This document shows, in pieces, positions 1 through 7,181 of a DNA stretch of 24,000 nt. The DNA comes from Kineococcus sp. SYSU DK004. Lineage in GTDB: Bacteria; Actinomycetota; Actinomycetes; Actinomycetales; Kineococcaceae. The notes below the pieces were generated by a model. The model searched no databases and was not told where the DNA came from. It saw only the letters and a program-made list of their open reading frames with translations. A program made the position numbers and the translations under genes. Positions within the stretch are counted from its first letter, which is position 1; each line of letters opens with the position of its first letter. The stretch is from assembly GCF_050871905.1 (NCBI RefSeq), contig NZ_JBJLSH010000002.1:127746-151745 (forward strand). The letters run 5' to 3'.

Positions 1-1092
1 CGCGCGGCGGGCGGCTGGCGGGTGCTGGGCGAGGACGTCGTCGAGGACTACCTGGCGGCGGTCGTCGCGGCCGGGGAGCGGCTGGTGCCGGACGTGCCCG
101 CCGACGGTCCGGGGCCGCGCGTCGTCGTCACCGCGCTGCACGGCGTCGGGTCGGCGGTGCTGCGCGAGGCGCTGCGCCGCAGCGGGACCACCGACGTGCA
201 CGAGGTCGCCGAGCAGGCCGAGCCCGACCCGGCGTTCCCGACCGTGGCGTTCCCCAACCCCGAGGAGCCCGGCGCGCTGGACCGCGCGCTGGCGCTGGCC
301 GCCGACGTGGGCGCGGACCTGGTGCTGGCCGTCGACCCGGACGCGGACCGCTGCTGCGTCGCGGTGCCCGACGGCGGTTCCTGGCGCGCGCTCAGCGGCG
401 ACGAGCTGGGCTGGGTGCTGGGCGAGCGGCTGGCCCGCCCGGGCGGCGTGCTGGCCTGCTCGGTGGTCAGCTCGGGGATGCTGGCGCGCATCGCCGCCGC
501 GCACGGCGCGACGTTCTCCCCCGCCCTGACGGGGTTCAAGTGGATCGCGCGCGTGCCGGGGCTGGACTTCGGCTACGAGGAGGCCATCGGCTACTGCGTG
601 GCCCCGGACGTGGTGCGCGACAAGGACGGGATCTCCACGGCGCTCGTCGTGGCCCGGCTGGCCGCGCGCGCCCGGGCCGCCGGCGGCGCGCTGGCCGACG
701 CGCTGGACGAGCTGGCGCTCGCGCACGGCGTGCACGCCACGGCGCCGGTGACGGTGCGGGTGGACGACCTCTCGCTCATCGGGCGGGCGATGGCGCGGCT
801 GCGGGCCGAGCCCCCGGCGTCGCTGGCCGGTTCGCCGGTGACGAGCGTGGAGGACCTCACCGCGAGCGTGGACGGCCTGCCGCCGACCGACGGGGTGCGC
901 TGGCGCACGGCCGACGGCACCCGCGTCGTGGTGCGCCCCAGCGGGACGGAGCCGAAGCTCAAGGCGTACTGCGAGGTGGTCGAGCCCGTGCCGGGCGGGA
1001 CCGCCGACGGCCTGGCCGCGGCGCGGAGCGCGGCTGCGGAGCGCCTGGAGGCCGTGCGCGTCGACGTGCGCGCCGCCACCGGCCTGGCCTGA
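1..1092 (+). CDS. Phospho-sugar mutase (phosphoglucomutase/phosphomannomutase family), C-terminal ~360 aa; 5' end lies outside the window
   Basis: ORF 22..1092 remains open in the same frame back to base 1. It carries the domain IV signature RPSGTEPKLKAYCEV and has GC3-saturated codons. Its position beside nucleoside-salvage genes matches pmmB-type mutases of actinobacteria. Confidence 0.85.
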   Translation, partial: RAAGGWRVLGEDVVEDYLAAVVAAGERLVPDVPADGPGPRVVVTALHGVGSAVLREALRRSGTTDVHEVAEQAEPDPAFPTVAFPNPEEPGALDRALALAADVGADLVLAVDPDADRCCVAVPDGGSWRALSGDELGWVLGERLARPGGVLACSVVSSGMLARIAAAHGATFSPALTGFKWIARVPGLDFGYEEAIGYCVAPDVVRDKDGISTALVVARLAARARAAGGALADALDELALAHGVHATAPVTVRVDDLSLIGRAMARLRAEPPASLAGSPVTSVEDLTASVDGLPPTDGVRWRTADGTRVVVRPSGTEPKLKAYCEVVEPVPGGTADGLAAARSAAAERLEAVRVDVRAATGLA

Positions 1093-1115
1093 CCCGGCCC
1101 CCCCCTCGTCGCCGA

Positions 1116-1200
1116 CTCCCCGCCCCTCCTCGCCGTGGTCTTGCAGGGTTTCCCAGCGAGATCACGGCGGGAGGGGCGAGGCGGAGGGAGGGTGGGGGCC
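1116..1200 (+). repeat. Intergenic palindromic repeat element, copy 1 (35-nt hairpin core 1133-1167 with C-rich left arm and G-rich right arm)
   Basis: The core is CCGTGGTCTTGCAGGGTTTCCCAGCGAGATCACGG. It recurs at 7188-7222 (32/35 identical) and, reverse-complemented, at 23674-23708 (33/35). The arms cgcccctcctcg / cgggaggggcg extend the stem beyond 20 bp with one bulge. It sits between the convergent stop codons at 1090-1092 and 1224-1226, so it may act as a bidirectional terminator. Confidence 0.85.
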
Positions 1201-1223
1201 GAGCGGAGGGAGGCGGGACGGGG

Positions 1224-2741
1224 TCAGGGGCGCAGGTCCAGGGCGGTGAGGGACCCGCCCTCGAAGTCCTGGCGCCGGCCGCCGGGCACGGCGTACTCCT
1301 GGCTGGTCGGGTAGCCGTACTCGCCGTTCTCCCAGCCCAGCTGCCCCCACAGGTCGCGGATCAGCCCCTGCACGAGGAAGACCGGCGCCGGGTCGCCGAG
1401 GAACGAGCGGCTGTAGAGCGAGCCGCGCTCGAAGTGCTGGCCCTTCCACTGCTCGCGCAGGCCCACGAACGTGTCCGAGGTCGGGTAGCCGATCCCGCGC
1501 TCCCACCCCAGCTCGGCCCACCGGGCGCGGATGTCACCGGTCTCCAGCACGGAGTGCCCGCCCGTGGCGGGGCTCCAGTACACCGACCCCTCCGTGAAGT
1601 GCTGCCCGTACCCGCCGCCGGCCAGGGGCCCGAACTCCGCCCCGACGGGCATCCCGAGGAAGCCGTTCGGCCCGCGCAGCCGGTCGAAGGTGTCGCGCAC
1701 GGCACCGCGCACGGGGTGCGCGCCGGTCTCGGCGCGCCAGTACACCGACCCGCCCTGGAAGTGCTGCACGCGCCCGAAGCCGCCGCGCAGCACGGGCTGC
1801 TCGTCGCTGACGGGGTAGCCGAGGACGGAGCGTTCCCAGCCCATCCCCGCCCAGCGGTCGCGGATCGCACCCTGCACCCGCCAGACCCCGCTGCCGGGGC
1901 TCCAGTACAGCGAGCCGCGGGTGAAGTGCTGGCCGTAACCGCCGCGCAGCAGCGGCCCGAACTCCTCGGTGAGCGGCAGACCGGTCCCGCGCTCGAAGTC
2001 GCGGGAGGCGTACCCCTGGGCGATGGCCCCGCGGACCGCGCGCGCTCCCCCGGCGGCGCTGAAGTAGACGGTGCCGCCGTGGAAGCGCGTGTAGTACCCG
2101 TCGAGGGTGGTGACGCCGAACTCGCTGGTCGTGGGCAGGCCGAGCCGGCTCGCGGGGCCGCCCTCGGCCAGCCACCGGTCGTGGATCGCGCCGCGCACGA
2201 CGTGCCCGTTCTCCCGCGGCGGCAGGACGAACGAGCCGTTCGCCGCCCGGAACACCTGCGTGCCGTCGGGCGTGACGACCGGCCGCTGGGCCAGGCCGGA
2301 CAGCGACTGCGGCGCGTCCGGCGACGCGTCGCCGGAGGCCAGGTAGGCACCGGCCGACGGCCACCCGTCGCAGCCGCGGTCGGCGGCGCGCGCGGTGGCC
2401 AGGACGCGGCTGCCGCCGTCGAGCAGGTCCCACGCCCTGCCCAGCGACGGTGCCGGCACGTGGACGCGGACCGGGCCGGGCCGGGCGTCGACCGCGACGG
2501 CGACGGGCGCGTCGCCCTGCCGCTGCAGGGCGGACGCCGACCCGTCCTGCGTGAACGAGGCGACGAACCCCGGCTGGCCGACGACGCAGCTGGCCGTCAG
2601 CGTCAGGTCGGTCACGGCCGCCGAGGCCGGTGGCGCGGTGGCCAGGACCAGCCCCGCCGCGACGGACGCGGTGGTGGCGCGGACGAACGCGGAACGCTTG
2701 CGCACGAGCTTCTCCCCCCGGAGACCCCCGCGGGACGTCAT
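1224..2741 (-). CDS. Secreted protein with six tandem LGFP repeats and an unassigned ~140-aa N-terminal domain
   Basis: This is ORF 1224..2765. I prefer the ATG at 2741; the GTG at 2765 is an alternative start. The N-terminus is signal-peptide-like (MTSRGGLRGEKLVRKRSAFVRATTASVAAGLVLATAPPASA/AV). It contains six ~54-aa modules of the form G(A)IRDRW...LG(Y/L)P...E......G(Y)GQHF(T)xGS(V/L)YWS, which is typical of the LGFP repeat. Confidence 0.85.
   Translation of the reverse strand: MTSRGGLRGEKLVRKRSAFVRATTASVAAGLVLATAPPASAAVTDLTLTASCVVGQPGFVASFTQDGSASALQRQGDAPVAVAVDARPGPVRVHVPAPSLGRAWDLLDGGSRVLATARAADRGCDGWPSAGAYLASGDASPDAPQSLSGLAQRPVVTPDGTQVFRAANGSFVLPPRENGHVVRGAIHDRWLAEGGPASRLGLPTTSEFGVTTLDGYYTRFHGGTVYFSAAGGARAVRGAIAQGYASRDFERGTGLPLTEEFGPLLRGGYGQHFTRGSLYWSPGSGVWRVQGAIRDRWAGMGWERSVLGYPVSDEQPVLRGGFGRVQHFQGGSVYWRAETGAHPVRGAVRDTFDRLRGPNGFLGMPVGAEFGPLAGGGYGQHFTEGSVYWSPATGGHSVLETGDIRARWAELGWERGIGYPTSDTFVGLREQWKGQHFERGSLYSRSFLGDPAPVFLVQGLIRDLWGQLGWENGEYGYPTSQEYAVPGGRRQDFEGGSLTALDLRP
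1236..2201 (-). repeat. Intragenic tandem repeat: six LGFP modules with a period of about 162-165 nt
   Basis: A recurring DNA block, cagtacaccgac..gaagtgctg..ccgcc, appears near 1573, 1738 and 1902, and weaker copies appear elsewhere in the span. The protein modules cover residues ~189-510 of ORF 1224..2765. Confidence 0.8.
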
Positions 2742-2810
2742 CGCCCCGCGCCAGGACGCTCCCACTCCCGGCCGCCGCGCGCAGGGGTTTTCGCGCAGGT
2801 GCCCGGCAGG

Positions 2811-3272
2811 TCAGCGCCGCCGGGTCGCGGCCACCGCCGTGCACGCCGCCGCGAGGACGACGAGGGCGCGCCGGGCGACGTGCGCCCGCTCCCACCGGCT
2901 GCGCTGCCCGCGCCAGCCGGGGACCTCCGCGTCCGGCGACCAGGACCGCAGCCGCCGGTTGACCGGGACGTGCACGCGGACGGTGAGGACCACGGCACCG
3001 GCGACGGCCAGCGCCGAGCCCGTGCGCCACGCCGACGCCCCCGGGTCGCTGCGCAGCTGCGCCGCGGCGGCGGCCAGGCCGGTGCCGGCCGCGGCCACCG
3101 ACAGCGCGGGGGCCAGTCGGCGCATCACGGCGTCCGCGCGCTGCTGGTGGCGCACGTACTCGGCGAACCCCGCCGCGCGGCGCCGGCGGCCGAACGGCTC
3201 GGGGACGATCGCGGCGGTCAGGGCGGCGGTGGCGGCGGCGTGCGCCCGCGCGAGCGCCCGGGTGGTGTCCAC
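2811..3272 (-). CDS. Small membrane protein, DUF1772 (anthrone-oxygenase-like) family candidate
   Basis: This is the C-terminal 153 codons of shadow-extended ORF 2811..4553. The GTG at 3272 is preceded by cAGGAtcaccgc and lies 35 nt after the upstream stop. The hydrophobic segments and the tail LTVRVHVPVNRRLRSW..W...RSRWERAHVARRALVVLAAACTAVA resemble the DUF1772 pattern (PxN..L...W...W..H..R + TM). This assignment is from memory of the family, not from a search. Confidence 0.6.
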   Translation of the reverse strand: MDTTRALARAHAAATAALTAAIVPEPFGRRRRAAGFAEYVRHQQRADAVMRRLAPALSVAAAGTGLAAAAAQLRSDPGASAWRTGSALAVAGAVVLTVRVHVPVNRRLRSWSPDAEVPGWRGQRSRWERAHVARRALVVLAAACTAVAATRRR

Positions 3273-3307
3273 GCGGTGATCCTGCCCCACCGCGCCCGGA
3301 CGACGGC

Positions 3308-4930
3308 TCACTCGACGTCGACGAACACCGGGTTCGTGTAGCACCACAGGTCGTCCCAGGGGTCGGAGTCGCCGATGCGGTCCACCTCGGGGTGCCCGTC
3401 GGGGCGGGCGTGCCTGCCGTCGCTGCCGCGGAATCGCACGTACAGCGGGTCGGCGACCCCGCGCAGCGTGGTGGTGAACCGCTGCCGGCCCACCGCCCGG
3501 GCGCTCACCTCGAAGCTCTCCACGACGCGGGTGCCCGGGGCCTCCCACAGGTCGCGGTCGCGGACCCGGCCGGTGACGGTGCCCACGATGACGTCCCAGC
3601 GCGCCGAGCGCGGCACCTGCCCGGACCCGTTCGGCTCGGTGGCGGGGTCGACGAGCAGCTCGACCTCGACGTCGCCGCCGCGGCGGACGCTGGTGCGCGC
3701 GCCGAACGTGACGCCGGGCCCCTCGCCGCCGGGCCGCACGCGCGCCTCGACGGCCGCCACCAGCCCGCCGTGCACGACGAACACGCGGCCCTCGCGCAGC
3801 GCGGCCATCACCGAGCGGTAGTCGCGGCGCACGGCCCCGACGACCGTGCGGCTGTAGGCGCCGGGCGCGAAGTCGACATAGCCGTGCTGCACGACGCCGG
3901 TGTCGACGGGGTCTCCGCGGTGGCCGTGGCGCAGGTAGTGCTCGCGGTCCAGGTGCCCGACGCGCACGGTGTCGCCGTGGTCGAAGTGGTTGTCGGAGTT
4001 CGCGGTGATCCACCAGGGCAGGCCCTCGGCGAGCAGGGAGTCCCACAGGCCGCCCATCCGCGCGGTCGCGGCGTCGAAACCGCCCCAGGTGCGGTACTGC
4101 TCCAGGTCGTAGCCGGGGAACGACCAGCGGCCGGGGCGCTCGTCGTACTGGCCTCGACCGCGGCCGCGGCCCAGCGGCGCCGGCAGCGCGGCGGCCTGGT
4201 GGCCGGGCGCGCCCTCCCAGCCGACGAACACCCCGGGCGCGGCGTCGCGCCAGCCGCGGACCTTCGAGGGGGAGACGCGGCCGGTGCGCATGGGGTGGTT
4301 GGACAGCACGAGCGCCTCGTCGACGGTGCCGCGGGCGATCTGGTCGACGAGCCAGGCGACCGCGTCGAGGCCGAGCTGCTCGGCGGCGGGGCCGCCCTCG
4401 ACGGAGTGCTCGACGAGGCGCGGGCCGTCGGGGTTCTGCAGGGCGGCGACGACGTCGCCGTCGAAGCGCCGCTCGAACTCCTGCAGCAGCTCGGGGGTGC
4501 GCTCGTGGTCGGGGGCGATGAACGTGGCGTGCTCGGCGCCGGGGATGTTCCACTCCATGCCCTGGAAGACCAGGACGGGGTGGCGCCGGCGGGCCTCGGC
4601 GATGAGCGGGGTCTGCAGGGCCACGGACTGCTTGGAGTGGTCGGGGCCGCCGTGGTCGGTGATGACCATCCAGTCCAGGCCGTGCTGGTGCCCGCGGCGC
4701 ACCTGGTCGTCGACGGTGTACATCGCGTCGCGGGAGAACGTGGTGTGGATGTGGTGGTCGCCCGCGTACCAGGCGAAGCCGCGCTCGTCGCCGTCGGTGA
4801 CGGGGACGTCCGCCGGGAGCGGGACCCCGTGGGTGTGGGCTCCGTGGGTGTCGCCGGGGGCGCCGTGGGGGTGCACGACGCCACCCTGCCAGCCCACCGC
4901 GTCGCGCCGTTCACCTGTCCGGGCCTGCAC
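3308..4930 (-). CDS. PHP-domain metal-dependent phosphoesterase/hydrolase (CehA/McbA-like), 540 aa
   Basis: It starts at a GTG. PHP motifs are present: YAGDHHIHTTFSRD, WMVITDHGG, QGMEWN, SNHP and TANSDNHFDH. The C-terminal end, DPWDDLWCYTNPVFVDVE, is typical of this family. Codons are GC3-saturated. Confidence 0.8.
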   Translation of the reverse strand: MQARTGERRDAVGWQGGVVHPHGAPGDTHGAHTHGVPLPADVPVTDGDERGFAWYAGDHHIHTTFSRDAMYTVDDQVRRGHQHGLDWMVITDHGGPDHSKQSVALQTPLIAEARRRHPVLVFQGMEWNIPGAEHATFIAPDHERTPELLQEFERRFDGDVVAALQNPDGPRLVEHSVEGGPAAEQLGLDAVAWLVDQIARGTVDEALVLSNHPMRTGRVSPSKVRGWRDAAPGVFVGWEGAPGHQAAALPAPLGRGRGRGQYDERPGRWSFPGYDLEQYRTWGGFDAATARMGGLWDSLLAEGLPWWITANSDNHFDHGDTVRVGHLDREHYLRHGHRGDPVDTGVVQHGYVDFAPGAYSRTVVGAVRRDYRSVMAALREGRVFVVHGGLVAAVEARVRPGGEGPGVTFGARTSVRRGGDVEVELLVDPATEPNGSGQVPRSARWDVIVGTVTGRVRDRDLWEAPGTRVVESFEVSARAVGRQRFTTTLRGVADPLYVRFRGSDGRHARPDGHPEVDRIGDSDPWDDLWCYTNPVFVDVE

Positions 4931-4951
4931 GCAGCCAGTACGCTACTGAAC
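4931..4951. promoter_or_regulatory. 21-bp divergent control region with overlapping -10-like hexamers on both strands
   Basis: The sequence is gcagccaGTACGCTACtgaac. On the plus strand, TACGCT (4939-4944) lies 7 nt before the GTG at 4952. On the minus strand, TAGCGT (4945-4940) lies 9 nt before the GTG at 4930. Both fit the actinobacterial TANNNT -10 and imply leaderless or near-leaderless mRNAs. The 5-bp inverted repeat cagta/tactg overlaps both hexamers. Confidence 0.4.
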
Positions 4952-6319
4952 GTGACGACTCCATCACCGGTAGCGGTGCGGCGTGTCCCGCGCCACCGCC
5001 GGCTGGAGGACGCCTCCGACGCGGGCCTGCCCGAGGTCTGCCACGCCACCGTCGCCTCCCACGGCGGCGCCACCGGCGGGGCGCTGCTCGACGTGCCCGA
5101 CCCCGCCACCGGCGAGCCGCTGCTGCGGGTGGAGGACGCCGGCCCGCAGACCGCGGCCGTCGCCGCGAGCACCACCGCCCGCGTCGCCCGCGGCGACTGG
5201 GCGTGGCTGGCGCAGGAGGACCGCGCCCGCTGGCTGTACGTCCTGGCCGCCGAGCTGGAGGCCCGCGCCCGCCCCGTCGGCCTGACCAGCGCCCTCGTCA
5301 GCGGCCGCCCCGTCGCCGCCGCCCTGCACGCCGACGCCGCCCGCCTCGTCGACGCCGCCTTCTCCGCCGCCGGGTGGGCCGACAAGCTGCCCGCCGTCGG
5401 GCTGGGCGCCCGCCGCGGCGGCGCCGTCGTCCTGCGCTCCTCCTGGCGCACCCCGCCCGCCGCGCTGGCCGCCGCCGTCACCGGGGCCCTCGGCGTCGGC
5501 TTGGGCGTCGTCCTGCGCCCCACCCCCGAGGCCGCCCCGCTGGCGCTGCTGCTCGCCGGGGCCGTGCGCACCGCCGGCCTGCCCGCCGACCTCGTCAGCG
5601 TCGTGCCCGGCACCGCCCCCGGCGCCGACAAGGCCCTGCTGACCCACGAGGACGTCCTCGCCGCCCACGCCGACGGCGGTGCCGAGGAGCTGCGCGAGCT
5701 GGCCGTCGCCCTCGCCGAGCTGGGCCGCCCCCTGCACCAGCGGGCCGACGCGACCGGCGTCGACGTCGTCCTCGACGGCGCCGACGTGGAGGACGTGGCC
5801 GAGGCCCTGCTGGACACCGTCCGCGGCGGCGCACCCGCACGTCCCGGCGGCTCGCGGGTCCTCGTCGTCGCCGCCCTCGCCGACCGGCTCACCGAGCGGC
5901 TGCAGGAGGGCCTGGCCGCCCTGCGCGTCGGGCACCCCCTGGACCGCGCCACCGACGTCGGCCCCTGCCCCGCCGCCGACGTGCACCACCGGGCGCGCGC
6001 CCTGCGCGGGCGCCGCGCCGCGCTGCCCGACGACCTGCCCGCCGGCGGCTGGTGGGTCCTGCCGACGCTCGTGCCGCTGGGCCGGCGCGCCCCCGTCCCG
6101 CCCGCCGGGCCGGTGCTGGGCGTGCGGGTCGTCACCGGTGACGACGACGTGGCGCCCCTGCTGGCCGGCACGACCCACCTGGCCGTGTGGGGCGGCGACG
6201 CCCGGCGCGCGCTGCGCGTGCTCGGCGCGGCCGCGCCCCGCGCCGTCGGCCTGGGCGGCCCGGCCGCCGACGACGACGCCGCCGACGCGCTGCGCCTGCT
6301 GCGCGCCGTCTCCTCGTGA
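4952..6319 (+). CDS. Aldehyde dehydrogenase-fold protein, apparently lacking the catalytic Cys and Asn (455 aa)
   Basis: This is the 3' part of ORF 3392..6319. The start is a GTG at 4952; 4976 is an alternative. ALDH landmarks present are DPATGEP, AAGWADKL, VVLRPTPEAAPLA, AELGRP, RVGHPLDRATDVGP and PAGPVLGV. WNFP is replaced by WRTPP, and the GQxCxAxxR catalytic loop is replaced by RGGAPARPGGSR. Confidence 0.75.
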   Translation: MTTPSPVAVRRVPRHRRLEDASDAGLPEVCHATVASHGGATGGALLDVPDPATGEPLLRVEDAGPQTAAVAASTTARVARGDWAWLAQEDRARWLYVLAAELEARARPVGLTSALVSGRPVAAALHADAARLVDAAFSAAGWADKLPAVGLGARRGGAVVLRSSWRTPPAALAAAVTGALGVGLGVVLRPTPEAAPLALLLAGAVRTAGLPADLVSVVPGTAPGADKALLTHEDVLAAHADGGAEELRELAVALAELGRPLHQRADATGVDVVLDGADVEDVAEALLDTVRGGAPARPGGSRVLVVAALADRLTERLQEGLAALRVGHPLDRATDVGPCPAADVHHRARALRGRRAALPDDLPAGGWWVLPTLVPLGRRAPVPPAGPVLGVRVVTGDDDVAPLLAGTTHLAVWGGDARRALRVLGAAAPRAVGLGGPAADDDAADALRLLRAVSS

Positions 6320-7113
6320 GCGGGGCGCGGGGCCGGGTCCCCGTCCCGCTGGTGCGCCCGTCGGCCGGCGACGGGCAGGAGCTGCTGCTGGCCGCCGGGG
6401 CGGCGCTGCGGGCCGCGCGCGCGTGGCGGGCCACCGCGCCCGTGCGCCGCGGCCGGGCCCTGCTGGCGGTGGCCGCCGCGCTGGAGCAGCGGCGCGCCGA
6501 GCTCGTCGACGAGGTGCGCCGCCAGCAGGGCGCGCGCGTGTCCGAGGCCCTGGGCGGTGTCGACGCGGCGCTGGACGAGCTGGTCCGCTGGGCGGGCTGG
6601 GCCGACAAGCTGCACCTGCTCGGGGTCGGGCGTCCCGGCCCGGCCGCCGTCGTGGGCGTCGTCGTGCCCCGCGGCGACGTCCTGCTCGCCCCCGTGCGCG
6701 CCGTCGCCCCGGTGCTGGCCGCGGGCGCCGGCGCCGTCCTCGTGCGCCCGCCGGGGACCGGCACGGCCGCCGACGCGCTCGTGCGGGCCGTCGCCGAGGA
6801 GGTCTCCCCCGGGCTGCTCGGCGTCGTCGACGCCGCCCGCGCCGCCCCGCGCGAGCTGGCCGCGGCCGTCGAGCTGGTCGACGTGCGCTGGGCCGACCCG
6901 GGCGACGCGGCCGCCTACCGCACGGCCGCCGCCGCGGCCGGCTGCCCCGTCGCCGCCCTGCACGAGGACGACCCGGCCGAGGAACGCCTGCCGGAGGAGA
7001 CCGGGGACGCGGCGGCCGCGGACGCCACCGACCGCCGGCGCCCCGAGGACCTGCCCGACGCCGAGCGCGTGCGCCCCTTCCGCACCGGCCCCGACCTGCC
7101 CGACACCGCCTGA
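6316..7113 (+). CDS. Truncated aldehyde dehydrogenase-like protein (N-terminal/cofactor-binding half only, 265 aa) with an acidic tail
   Basis: It lies within ORF 6187..7113. The GTG at 6316 overlaps the upstream stop (GTGA, 6316-6319). Motifs are RWAGWADKLH, VAPVLAAGAGAVLVRPPGTGTAAD and GLLGVV. There is no catalytic domain. The C-terminal ~50 aa are Asp/Glu/Pro-rich. Codons are GC3-saturated. Confidence 0.65.
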   Translation: MSGARGRVPVPLVRPSAGDGQELLLAAGAALRAARAWRATAPVRRGRALLAVAAALEQRRAELVDEVRRQQGARVSEALGGVDAALDELVRWAGWADKLHLLGVGRPGPAAVVGVVVPRGDVLLAPVRAVAPVLAAGAGAVLVRPPGTGTAADALVRAVAEEVSPGLLGVVDAARAAPRELAAAVELVDVRWADPGDAAAYRTAAAAAGCPVAALHEDDPAEERLPEETGDAAAADATDRRRPEDLPDAERVRPFRTGPDLPDTA

Positions 7114-7125
7114 CCCACCCCTCCC

Positions 7126-7144
7126 CCGCCGTGATCACGGGCGG
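7126..7144. repeat. Remnant of the palindromic repeat element (stem base only, apical 23 nt missing)
   Basis: The sequence is ccgccGTGATCACgggcgg, preceded by the C-rich acccacccctccccc. It equals the element stem CCGTGA|TC...GA|TCACGG with the segment between the two GATC direct repeats deleted. CCGTGATCACGG (7129-7140) is a perfect 12-bp palindrome. Confidence 0.55.
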
Positions 7145-7181
7145 TCGCACCTCCGCCCGTCCACGACCACCGCCGGGTGGT

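Noticed and set aside
540-3341. 933-aa plus-strand ORF spanning the mutase 3' end, the LGFP gene and the DUF1772 gene
   Set aside because: The translation is Arg/Gly/Pro/Ala low-complexity sequence with no motifs. It runs antisense to, or out of frame with, genes that have clear family signatures. It is a typical stop-codon-poor shadow frame in >70% GC DNA.
3392-4951. 5' 520 codons of ORF 3392..6319, which would make a 975-aa protein
   Set aside because: This part is antisense to the well-supported PHP hydrolase and has no ALDH similarity. ALDH-like sequence begins only after about 4952, where a GTG start and a -10-like hexamer occur.
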